Origin: Carcharhinus amblyrhynchos
Taxonomy: Eukaryota
Assembly (NCBI GenBank): GCA_965287045.1
Contig: OZ336877.1
Coordinates: 59,706,001-59,770,000 of the forward strand
Direction: 5' to 3'
DNA: 64,000 bases
This document shows, piece after piece, positions 50,201 through 60,895 of the stretch. The stretch's first letter is position 1. Every line of letters begins with the position of its first letter. A program made the position numbers and the translations under genes. The notes under the pieces were generated by a model, which saw only the letters and a program-made list of their open reading frames with translations, made no database searches and was not told where the DNA came from.

Positions 50201-52077
50201 AATCACAGCCCCCCCATTCCCCCAGCCACATGCTCCCCACAATCACAGCCCCCCCCCCAATTCCCCCAGCCACATGCTCCCCACAATCACAGCCCCCCCC
50301 CAATTCCCCCAGCCACACTCTCCCCACAATCACAGCCCCCCAATTCCCCCAGCCACATGCTCCCCACAATCACAGCCCCCCCAATTCCCCAGCCACATGC
50401 TCCCCACAATCACAGTCCCCCCAATTCCCCCAGCCACATACTCCCCACAATCACAGCCCCCCCAATTCCCCCAGCCACATGCTCCCCACAATCACAGCCC
50501 CCCCAATCCCCCCAGCCACATGCTCCCCACAATCACAGCCCCCCCAATCCCCCCAGCCACACACTCCCCACAATCACAGCCCCCCCCCAATTCCCTCAGC
50601 CACATGCTCCCCACAATCACAGCCCCCCCCAATCCCCCCAGCCACATACTCCCCACAATCACAGCCCCCCAATTCCCCCAGCCACATGCTCCCCACAATC
50701 ACAGCCCCCCCAATTCCCCCAGCCACACACTCCCCACAATCACAGCCCCCCCCAATCCCCCCAGCCACATGCTCCCCACAATCACAGCCCCCCCAATTCC
50801 CTCAGCCACACACTCCCCACAATCACAGCCCCCCCAATTCCCCCAGCCACATGCTCCCCACAATCACAGCCCCCCCAATTCCCTCAGCCACACACTCCCC
50901 ACAATCACAGCCCCCCCAATTCCCCCAGCCACATGCTCCCCACAATCACAGCCCCCCCCAATTCCCCCAGCCACACACTCCCCACAATCACAGCCCCCCC
51001 CAGTCCCCCCAGCCACACACTCCCCACAATCACAGCCCCCCCAATCCCCCCAGCCACATGCTCCCCACAATCACAGCCCCCCAATTCCCCCAGCCACATG
51101 CTCCCCACAATCACAGCCCCCCCAATTCCCTCAGCCACATGCTCCCCACAATCACAGCCCCCCCCAATCCCCCCAGCCACATGCTCCCCACAATCACAGC
51201 CCCCCAATTCCCCCAGCCACATGCTCCCCACAATCACAGCCCCCCCAATTCCCCCAGCCACATGCTCCCCACAATCACAGCCCCCCAATTCCCCCAGCCA
51301 CATGCTCCCCACAATCACAGCCCCCCCAATTCCCCCAGCCACATGCTCCCCACAATCACAGCCCCCCAATTCCCCCAGCCACATGCTCCCCACAATCACA
51401 GCCCCCCCAATCCCCCCAGCCACATGCTCCCCACAATCACAGCCCCCCCCAATCCCCCCAGCCACATGCTCCCACAAGTACAGATCCTTGAAAAGTTGAG
51501 AGGCTGCAGCAGCGCAATTTGGAGGGATTTTTTGCATATCGTTCAGCTCGAAGAGAGCTGAGTGCACTCGGACCCAGCAGGATTACAAGACCTGAGGTCA
51601 GTGCTGAGACCCAGGTCCGTGCTGCAAATCAGACATCAGCGATTCTGCTGAACAATAGCCCCTCACCCCCTTCCCCCACCACACACACTCGCAGAAGCGC
51701 CACCAACACAAGAAAAGAAATGGCTGCAATAACAGGACACCCTTGAGCAACAGAGAGCCGTCGGACACTACACACTTACCTCCTCACTAACATTCACTGA
51801 CGGAACGCCTCAACTGGACTTTTATGGAGCATGCGTGTTTCGCACTGATTCTGGATTGGTGAATGCGGTGGTAAAAGGGGAAGTGCCGGTAAAGTTGAGT
51901 GCGCAGCTCATTATGTCAATTTAAATGCATTCAAATGGCCATCACTCCTATTTTCGGGCCTTGGTAAGGGACGAGCCAGTGCAGAGGTGGGTGAGGATTA
52001 CGCTACTCACCTCATATCCAACTTTATCAAGTTTTCGTGCCCAAAATTGGGTGCAACACGATGGTGAAATCAGGCTC
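47280..52077. mobile_element. Second degraded PIF/Harbinger-like element, containing a CR1 tail (~48145-48450) and the minisatellite
   Basis: ~48600-49500 resembles 27950-28700 (CACCATCCCAGACACTGACACATCGGTGG vs CACCAGCGCAGAGACACGCACCTCGGTGG; GTTGGGAGGAGTCCCA vs GCTTGGAGGAGTCCCA). TIR-like right end GTGAAATCAGGCTC. Confidence 0.55.
49838..51477. repeat. C-rich minisatellite, ~40 copies of a 39-44-bp unit (CCCCCAATTCCCCCAGCCACATGCTCCCCACAATCACAGC)
   Basis: Directly visible. Variation is limited mainly to C-run length and a few sites (ATGCT/ATACT/ACACT, CCCCC/CCCTC, AATT/AATC). Confidence 0.98.
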
Positions 52078-53026
52078 ATAGGGTCCAATCTTGAGGAATA
52101 AAAATCAAGGATGCTCAGAAGGTTAGAATTAGATGCGTCCATGGATCTCGCTGGCATTGTGGGTCTGGAGGAGGTTGCAGAAATGGGGGTGGGAGGGGAC
52201 ATGAGGCCACAATGGAATTTGTAAACAAGGATAATATCAACAGTGACAGCACACTTGTCATTATCTTTTGTAGTTACTCAGCCATTTGTGCCTTGCAAAA
52301 TTTGGGAATAAATGAAAATTAGTAGTGGGTGGTGAACATAAAAGGGCAGGAAATTTACTAAGTGATCTACCAAGCCTATCCCATCCCAATGTGCTGAAGC
52401 TTACAAATAGGGTTGATCCATCCAAGTAGCAACAACTTGCATTTGCAAAGCCACCTTTAACATAGTAAAATATTCTGTGCTGTCATAGACAACAATATGA
52501 GGCCAGATGGCCAAAGGTTTGGTCACAGATGGAAGTTTTAAGGAGTGTCTCTAACCATTCAACAGCCTGGAATTCTGGAATTACCAAGGCACAAAAGCAT
52601 TACACTTCACTTGTCAACATTGTAAGCCATGCCACTGATGGATTTATTCCCCAGTGCACCTAGATCCATTTGCAAATATGCTTTTCTGCCGCTTTACATT
52701 CAGAATTCTTTGCACAGTGATATATGAAGACATTCAAGGTTATTGCATACGTAAAATAATTTATAGTTGGGCAGCCAATCACCCAGGTAACTTTTACACA
52801 TCTCCTTGCAGCTTAATTTAGAGTGAATGTAAAATCCAGACTAAATCCACACTTGTTCTTGAGTAGAAATGGTGCTTTACAGAGCAAAATGCAGGGGCAA
52901 ATGTAAATTAAGTAATCATGTTTTAAGCCTGATAGTGCTTCTCACTAAAATGTCAACTGAGATGAAAAAGTAATATGCAATCTCCCTTTTGTGTCATAGA
53001 AGTTGGTCATTCATGATAGAGATAAA

Positions 53027-53153
53027 GGGTGGGATTTTACAGTTTTGCTTGTCCCAAAACCGCAAAATCCCACTTAAAGTTGATGGACATTTCCATTGTC
53101 TGGCCCTCGCCCGCTCCAAATCTTGTGGTGGACAGGATTGTAAAATTCCAGCC
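53027..53153. mobile_element. 127-bp Harbinger-like MITE
   Basis: TIRs GGGTGGGATTTTAC / GTAAAATTCCAGCC, flanked by AAA on both sides. Confidence 0.65.
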
Positions 53154-53755
53154 AAAGGGTGGTTTTTACTATTTTGTTGCAGGTATATTCTTTGGAGTGG
53201 TCAAAAAGCCCAGTTAAACATGATGTGCTTAACCTTTGAAATTAATTATTGCCTTGGCCACAAGGCAATAATTAATTTCACCACTTTCACCTCTCAGCAA
53301 TCTAATGGAAAGAAAATTGAATCCTATAGTAATATCTCCAGGCTGTCACAACATTCAGGCTTGGCTGTTAAGTGGCAAGTAACATTTGCACCACATAAAT
53401 GCCAGATAAGGATCATCTCCAACAAGAGAGAATCTAACCGTCTCCCCTTGACTTTCAAAGACATTAGCATCACTGAATCACCCACTATTAACATCGTGGG
53501 GGTTACAGTTAAACCGGAAACATAACTGGACCAGATACATAAAACCTGTGACAACAAGTTAGAGGCTGGGAACTCTGCAGCAAGTAACTCATTTCCTGAC
53601 TCCCCAGAGACTAAGGCAAAACTCAGGAGTCAATAATGTGATGGAACACTCTCCACTAGCCTGAGTGAGCAGAGCACCGAACACACGCAAGAAGCTCAAC
53701 ACCATCAAAGACAAAGCAGCCTACTTGATCAACACCCTATCCATCACTTTAAACA

Positions 53756-53790
53756 TTCTCGGCCTTTTGGCTAAGATCAAGTGTAGTATC
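53756..53790 (+). pseudogene. RNU2: U2 snRNA 5' fragment
   Basis: TTCTCGGCCTTTTGGCTAAGATCAAGTGTAGTATC, including stem-loop I and the branch-point-pairing GTAGTA. There is no Sm site and no 3' half. Confidence 0.92.
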
Positions 53791-54060
53791 AACATGCTGC
53801 ACTTGGTTGAAGTCATTAGGTGACATTTCAGCTTCATTTGAAGCAATCTTTTAAAGCTGCATCTTGGCCTTTTAGCTAAGATGCAAATAAAATCAAACCT
53901 TGGATGAAGAGCTATGCCTACTCCAATCAGCTTGGATCATGTAGATCAAGCCCAAGACAGGAGTTGAGAGCCCTGTCTTATCAGCTTGGATCGGGAATGT
54001 CCCAACTTGTTGAGAATCTGGATTGGACTTAATTTGACTGAGCTGGATTTAAAAAAAATT
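53756..54060 (+). mobile_element. U2-snRNA-headed short retroposon (candidate SINEU-like element)
   Basis: 53756-53790 matches U2 nt 6-40 exactly. A second U2-like 21-mer lies at 53862-53882, followed by several hairpins and an A8 end. The host LINE is continuous on both sides. Confidence 0.75.
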
Positions 54061-54399
54061 AATTCCCTCCACCACCAGTGCACAGTGGCTGCAATATGTA
54101 CCATTAACAAGAGACATTGCAGCAACTCACCAATGTTTCTTCAATAAAATGTTCCAAACTGCTGGCTTCTATCACCTAGGAGAACAAGAATAGCAGGCAG
54201 ATAGGAGCATGACCATATTCAAGTTCTCTTTCAAGTCACACCCTATCTTGATTTAGGACTACATCACTATTCCTTCTCTGGTGCAGGGTCAAGATGCTTG
54301 AGCTCCCTCCCTAATAGCATTGTGGGTGGACCTACATCACATGGGCTGCAATGGTTCAAGAAGACTAACCAACACCACCTCAAGGGCAATTTGGGATGA

Positions 54400-55452
54400 C
54401 AATCCCTAATCTCCAAACTCTGTGGCCTGGGCCTCAGCACCTCCCCCTGCGACTGGATCCTGAACTTCCTAACTCACAGACCATGATCAGTAAGGATAGG
54501 CAACAACACCTCCTCCACAATCATCCTCAACACTGGTGCCCCATAAGGCTGTATTCCTTATACACCTATGACTGTGTGGCCAAATTCCCCTCCAATTCGA
54601 TTTTCAAGTTTGCTGACGACACCACCGTAGTGAGTCAGATCTCAAACAATGAGGAGACAGAGTACAGGAATGAGATAGAGAATCTGGTGAACTGGTGCAG
54701 CAACAATAATCTCTCCCTCAATGTCAGCAAAATGAAGGAGATTATCATCGACTTTAGGAAGCTTAGAGGAGAACATGCCCCTGTCTACATCAACATGAAT
54801 GAAGTAGAAAGGTTCGAGAGCTTCAAGTTTTTAGGTATCCAGATCACCAACAACCTGTCCTGGTCCCCCCATGCCGACACGATAATTAAGACAGCCCACC
54901 AACGCCTCTACTTTCTCAGAAGATTAAGGAAATTTGGCATGTTAACTACAACTCTCACCAATTTTTACAGATGCGCCATGGAAAGCATTCTTTCTCGTTG
55001 TATCACAGCTTGATATGGCTCCTGCTCTGCCCAAGACTGCAAGGAACTATGAAAGTCATGAATGTAGCCCAATCCATCACGCAAACCAGCCTCCCATCCA
55101 TTGACTCTGTCTACACATCCCACTGCCTTGGCAAATCAGCCAACATAATGAAGGACCCTGGACATTCTCTCTTCCACCTTCTTCCTTTGAGAAAAAAATA
55201 CAGAAGTCTGAGGTCACATACCAACTGAGTCAAGGACAGTTTCTTTCCTGCTGCCGTCTGATTTTGAATGGACTTACCTTGCATTAATTTGATCTTTCCC
55301 TACACCCTAGCTATGACTGTAACACTACATTCTGCACGCTCTCATTTCCTTCTCTATGAACAGCATGCTTTGTCTATATAGTGCGCAAGAAACAATACTT
55401 TTCGCTGTATGTTAATACATGTGACAATAATAAATCAAATCAAATCAAATCA
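54400..55452 (+). mobile_element. Rex1/Babar-type LINE 3' fragment
   Basis: ORF 54396-55013 gives LYSLYTYDCVAK..IFKFADDTTVV..WCSNNNLSLNVSKMKEIIIDFRK, with a (CAAAT)4 tail. Confidence 0.92.
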
Positions 55453-55509
55453 AAATAAATGCTGGTCTCACTAGCATTGCCCACATCCTATGAATGAATA
55501 AAAAAAAAC

Positions 55510-55870
55510 TCTATAACTAACAAATTATTTTTAAAGTGTAGCCACTGTTGTTAATGCTGCTATCAAGTTTGGATAGTAAGGTCTCATAAATTGCAAATGA
55601 ATAAGTAACCAAGTTATCTACTTTTGATGTGAATGCATGAAGTAGGAATCTTGGTCAGGCCACTAAAGAATTTCCTGCTGTTTAAATGGTGGCATTGAAT
55701 GATTATATTCAATTGTGTAAGATAGTTAGACCTCAGTTTAACATCTCAGTAAGAAGCCAGCACTTTTAACAATGTAATATACCAGGGTCGGCCTTGTCTT
55801 GAGTGAAGCTTGAACCCACAGCCTTCTGATTTGGAGGTGAGCATGTTGCAACCTGAGACAGGCTGATATT
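55510..55870 (-). mobile_element. Very degraded SacSINE1/DeuSINE-like relic
   Basis: TTTTAAAGTGTAGCCACTGTTG..CCTCAGTTTAACATCTCA..GCTTGAACCCACAGCCTTCTGA, related to 36355-36870. Confidence 0.5.
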
Positions 55871-56003
55871 TTTGGTATTATTTTGGTTTCTTTAGAGAAT
55901 ACTATCTGAGTAAAACATTAGACCAAATCTTCTGAGGAGTGGTAGTCACTGTCAGATTGCTATGCCTCTCCTATTTACTTACCTTGTATCAGAGCTCAGT
56001 ATT

Positions 56004-56760
56004 AGAACATAAGAACATAAGAACATTAGAAATAGGAGCAGGAGTAGGCCATCTAGCCCTTCGAGCCTGCCCCACCATTCAATAAGATCATGGCTGATCT
56101 GTCGTGGCTCAGTTCCACATTCCCGCCCTCTCCCCATAACCCTTAATCCCCTCGCTTATCAAAAACCCATCAACCCGCGTCTTAAAAATATTTAGCGAGG
56201 CAGCCTCCACCACTTCAACGGGCAGAGAATTCCAGAGATTCACCACCCTTTGAGTGAACAAGTTCCTCCTCAACTCCGTTCTAAACCGCCCCCCCTTTAT
56301 CTTGAGGCTGTGCCCCCTAGTCCTACTGTCCTTTCTGAGCAGGAAGAGTCTCTCCACCTCTATCCTATCCATCCCATTCATCATCTTATACGTCTCAATG
56401 AGATCGCCCCTCATTCTTCTAAACTCTAACGAGTACAAGCCTAGTTTCTTCAGCCTCTCCTCATAGCTCAACCCCCTCAACTCCGGTATCAGCCTAGTAA
56501 ACCTCCTCTGCACTCCCTCCAAGGCCAAAATATCCTTGCGTAAGTGCGGCGACCAAAACTGCACACAGTACTCCAGCTGCGGCCTCACCAATGCCCTATA
56601 CAGCTGCAGCAAGACCTCCCTACTTTTATATTCAATCCCCCTCGCTATGAAGGACAGCATCCCATTAGCCTTCCTGACCACCTGCTGCACCTGCAGGCTG
56701 GGTTTTTGCGACTCATGCACAAGGACCCCAAGGTCCCTCTGCACCGTCACCTGCTGCAGT
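56004..56760 (-). mobile_element. Young 5'-truncated CR1 LINE with an uninterrupted ORF2 C-terminus (213 aa)
   Basis: ORF 56109-56750 (QRDLGVLVH, LYRALVRPQLEYCVQFWSP, LEFRRMRGDLIETYK, FTQRVVNLWNSLP) is open to its natural stop. (AGAACATA)n tail at 56004-56030. Confidence 0.95.
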
Positions 56761-57914
56761 TTACTTATCCAGACTTCTATACTGGGCCTTTTAGAAATGA
56801 AGAACTTACCTGTTCTGGGAGTCTTACCTTTGTCATGCAGGATGATGGTGGGAAGTCAAGACTCACCCTGTTTTTATGGCACTTGGTGCCATATTCTGGC
56901 ATGTTTAAATGTCCTAAAGGCACTTTGAGAAACTACAGAGAGAGGGTAAATGTGTAAGGTAAATGTGTAATGGGGTATGATGGCAGGTGGATGGATGAGA
57001 GGGTAGGATGGTAGGTGTGTGGCTGAGGGAGGAGGATGGCAGGTTGGTGGGTGATATGGTGGTATGAGTCAGGGGGTCAGTGGGACAGTCAGGAAGTATG
57101 GGAGGTAGTCAGTTTGGAGAGGAGTTGTTAGATGGTCAGTGCATACTCAGCAGGTTAGGTAGCAGTTGGATCACCGAGGCTAATCAGGGAATGTGGTGGT
57201 AGTGAGGTTGGGAAGGTTGTTTGGGGTCCAGAGGGGAGTTGGGGGTGGAAACTGATATAATCAGGAGTATAGTTATCAAGGAGTTAGAATTTGTTTTAAT
57301 CCTTTTAATTATTTTGGTAAGTGAGCCAGTGCCATCTGAAATCTCCAACTTTAACTCAGAGTTTCGGAGAGTTCCACGTGCAGGGGACTTGCTCATCAAC
57401 CGTTCTCGGGCAAGTCCCTCTTGGTCAGTGCAGGGTATCTCTAAGGGGTTTCCCACCATGTCTTGGGGGTTACCTCTGGGCTATGATGTCTTATCAAACA
57501 TCAAAAGTTCTGGGCATGTGCTATGTGTTTATAAGTCTGGCATCTAAAGAAATCGTAGGAGAAAATATAAAAGAAAACAACCATATGAACAAAGTGTTAC
57601 ATTTCAATGTTGTCCGCATTAGGAAAAGTAATGGCTCAGATTTTGCTGCTGAAAGCAATTGTTAGGCTAATAAGGCTTGTTGTTATTTGTGCACAACTAG
57701 CAGTGTACTTTCAGGTGAGGGTTGGAGACATGGTTAAATACCAATATCCAAAAGGTTGCTGTCCAAGTTGTATTGCGGCACTGTTGGCTCTGTGAAAATA
57801 GCATTTTGCAGTCTGCCTCACATTGAAACACATTGGCGAACATGATGTAGTTGAACAGTAGATAGGAACTAAACTTGCCTAGAAAGTTAGGTCTTGTTTA
57901 GTCCCACCTAAATA

Positions 57915-58202
57915 AATTTTATTTATTAGTCACAAGTAGGCTCGTGACTAATAAATGCTTAACAAAACAATGAAGTTACTGTGGAAAGCCCCTAGTTGCC
58001 ACAGTCCAGCACCTGTTTGGGTACACTGAAGGAGAATGTAGCTTGGCCAATGCACCTAACCAGCACGGTCTTTTGGACTGTGAGAGGAAGCCCATGCAGA
58101 CACAGGGAGAATGTGCAGACTCTGCACAGAAGTGACCAAGCCACAAATCGACCCTGGGTCTCTGCTGCTGTGAGGCATCAGTGCTAACCACCGTACCACC
58201 CG
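57915..58202 (-). mobile_element. tRNA-derived SINE with the alternative tail
   Basis: Colinear with 37975-38280 apart from a fold-back insertion in the tail. Confidence 0.85.
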
Positions 58203-60224
58203 AAATACTCTGGTAACTACATAATAGGTGCTAAGTATTGCGAATTAATCTTACTGGCACTAAAATATTTACAAGTGTGAAGTCTCATTCCTTCAAATTT
58301 TGGTCATTACTTTCAATTTGCATAATTTAAGATTTGCCTTTACTTTCTTTCCTGTCTCTTTTTCTCTCCCTCTTTGTACAATCTTTCTTTACTTTCTCTC
58401 AGTATTATCTTTTCCGTATGTACTTTGACATGAAATCCACCCATTTTAATTTATTTATTTCTCAGTCCCCACCACTACCATCAACCCCTTCCCCCCTAAC
58501 TGCCTCCCTCCAAAACTTTCTATTCCCTCCGGTATAATTGATGAATACCCTCCCCCCACCAACCACTTCCGAACTTTCTATTCCCCCGCGGTGTAATTGA
58601 TGAATATTTTACAAGAGGAATTACAGGCTGGATCAAATTTGGATAGATAAATTGTAGTAAAGTTGGATCTTGGCTGCAATAGTCAAAATGAGGAATTTAT
58701 AAAAACACGACACTTCAGTTTGTTTTGATACAATGTCATTTTGGAAAGAAACTGGTTTTGTGCTGGTTTTTTGATGAAATCGGAATGTAGAGTAATACTC
58801 ATAAAACTCCATATTATTGAACTTTTGTATAAAGTGCACTTTCCATCATAACAAATAGATGGAAACAATGGGCATGATTTTGCTGTTGGGATAATGAGGA
58901 GACTGATGGGGATTCTGTAATGTAACTATTAATGGTACAGGTAAGGAGCAGATAGCTTGTTCAATGCCATTTCCAAAAACTACTGCCTGAGTTGTGAAGC
59001 TCCCACCATTAACTTTGTACCTAACCTGCTGACACCACTGATGTTGAGAGGCCTCAAAACAGCAAGCTGCACAGGGATGTCCATTTGGTGCCTACCTTGT
59101 GGCTCCCTAACCAAATGACAAAGAGGCCAGAACCTGCTTTTCAAAGCAGGTGCAGTCCTATTCTATCAGTCAGTCACCAAAATGTCAAAATCAATCTGCA
59201 GTACTCTATTCAGGGGCACAGCTTTAAGCCTCTCTGTCATTTCTGCAGACATTGCCACAATTTCTATCTAATTCCAATTCACACACAATTCTAGCACATG
59301 CAACCTGTTGGGAGAGCTACCTGAGAATGACTGAGAAGACTGAGTCTCAGATGAGAGGCTGTGAAGAAACTGTCATTTGCTGAAGTGAGATCTGCCTGAA
59401 CTGATTATCGATATGACAGTGAATGGCAGTGAAAGTCACCATCTTCTCAGAATCATTTTGACAAGCGTATGTTTTCTATGAACAAATCTATTGTGAAGAA
59501 AACATATGCCTTCTTTTACTGAGATAAAAATTTTCATTTTGAATGGACTAATGCGATGAGCATAAAATGGAAAACTTTTCTATTGAAATAGAAGGAGGTT
59601 GGTAGCCGTCTGCTACTGGAGTAGTGACAAGATCAGCATGCAAAGTGGCTGCCTACTCCTAAATTAGATACATCCAGCACTCCTCCAGCATTATAGTGCC
59701 GTGTGCTTTCTGCTACATCTACAGTTATTTGTCCAAATGTATTCTAGAAACGAGAAATGTAGGGTTGAATTCTATCCTGAAGGTACAGGTCAGGGTGGTA
59801 GCACTGGAAATCAGTGCCATTCCCAATACACTGTTAGGCCGCCGGCTACACATATTCCCGTAGGAGCTATCCAGTTAATGAATGTAAGATGTGGAGGTCA
59901 TCAAATCTAGGGCCGGAGCTGGGAATAGAGGTCAGCATTAAATGCTGTCACAACATGTGCTGGTGTCATATTTCCAGGGCAGACAAACCTTCATTCATTG
60001 CTGGTGAAGCAAAGGACTCCTTCCTGTTCCTGCTGCCTTGCGTTGTGCTGCCCCTGATACTTTCAAGCACTCTGCTACTACTGCTTTCCACAATTGTGCT
60101 GCTGCTGGTGGTCTTCCACTCCCTGAGGACCAATAGTACTCAAGGAACTCAATAGAAGACAACACACATGCGATAGAGAGAAAAAAACCCTGGTGATCCC
60201 ACAGTTCAGCAATCACTGTCTGAA

Positions 60225-60560
60225 CAAAGAACAAAGAACAACACAGCACAGGAAACAGGCCCTTTGGCCCAACGAGCCCGTGCCGCCATTTCAACATTGT
60301 GAGTCCCCTCTTCCACCCATGACCCTTGTCTACGCTTATGGCACTCCACATTGTAAACCAGATTGAGGGGAGACTAACTTAGGAACAATTTGTTACACCA
60401 ATCAGCCTAAGAGCACATCTTTGGGGTGTGGGAGGAAACTGGAGCACCCGGAGAAAACCCATGCAAGCATGGGGAGAATGTGCAAACTCCCACAGACACT
60501 GGCCCAAATCCATGTATCCGCACAGCAAACAGTGATAGTCACTGAGCTGTTGTGTTGCCC
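60225..60560 (-). mobile_element. SINE subfamily with an (AAGAACA)n tail
   Basis: Highly similar to 42410-42615. Contains the V-domain-like GGGAGAATGTGCAAACTCC. Confidence 0.82.
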
Positions 60561-60644
60561 ATCAGCTGGTCCAGTCTGCTAGTTCTTCTTTAGGTGGTAA
60601 AGGCAAGTTGAGGAGTCCTCTTCCTCAGGGATGGGAGGAGATAC

Positions 60645-60895
60645 AGTAAGAAGTCTCACAACACCAGGTTAAAGTCCAACAGGTTTATCTGATAGTAAAC
60701 GCCACAAGCTTTCGGAACGCTGTTCCTTCGTCAGTGATTGGAAAGTTCTGAGCAGAACTTTCCACTCACCTGATTAAGGAACAGCGTTCCGAAAGCTAGT
60801 GGCTTTTGCTACCAAATAAACCTGTTGGACTTTAACCTGGTGTTGTAAGACTTCTTACTGTGTTTACCCCAGTCCAACACTGGCATCTCCACATC
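60645..60895 (+). mobile_element. Fold-back PLE (near-perfect hairpin plus ~35-nt tail) with hammerhead motifs on both strands
   Basis: Arms at ~60643-60750 and 60753-60861 with a 2-nt loop. TSD ATGGGAGGAGATAC at 60631-60644 and 60896-60909. Same family as 25399-25991. Confidence 0.9.

Larger units (their letters stand above)
53340..55505 (+). mobile_element. CR1-group (L2/Crack-like) LINE 3' part hosting two insertions
   Basis: KWQVTFAPHKCQIRIISNKRESNRLPLTFKDISITESPTINIVGVT. Interrupted at 53756-54060 and ~54400-55452. The tail resumes AATAAATGCTGG..CCCACATCC..GAATAAAAAAAA. Confidence 0.82.

Noticed and set aside
49838-51477. CRISPR-like periodic array
   Set aside because: Units are contiguous with no unique spacers, there are no cas genes, and the context is vertebrate.
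49597-51561. 654-, 563- and 491-aa Pro/His-rich ORFs, and Gly-rich minus ORFs, resembling extensin or mucin
   Set aside because: All frames are open only because the minisatellite unit lacks stop codons. Unit lengths are not multiples of 3, so the peptides cycle between frames.
53756-53950. Functional U2 snRNA gene
   Set aside because: The match ends at U2 nt 40. There is no Sm site or 3' stem-loops, and the upstream sequence is LINE ORF rather than a promoter.
55977-56003. Consensus minus-strand donor AAG|gtaagt
   Set aside because: It abuts the young CR1 tail and no acceptor or exon body can be defined.
58512-58606. Two-copy ~59-bp-period duplication (AACTTTCTATTCCC..TAATTGATGAATA)
   Set aside because: A small local duplication with no sign of function.
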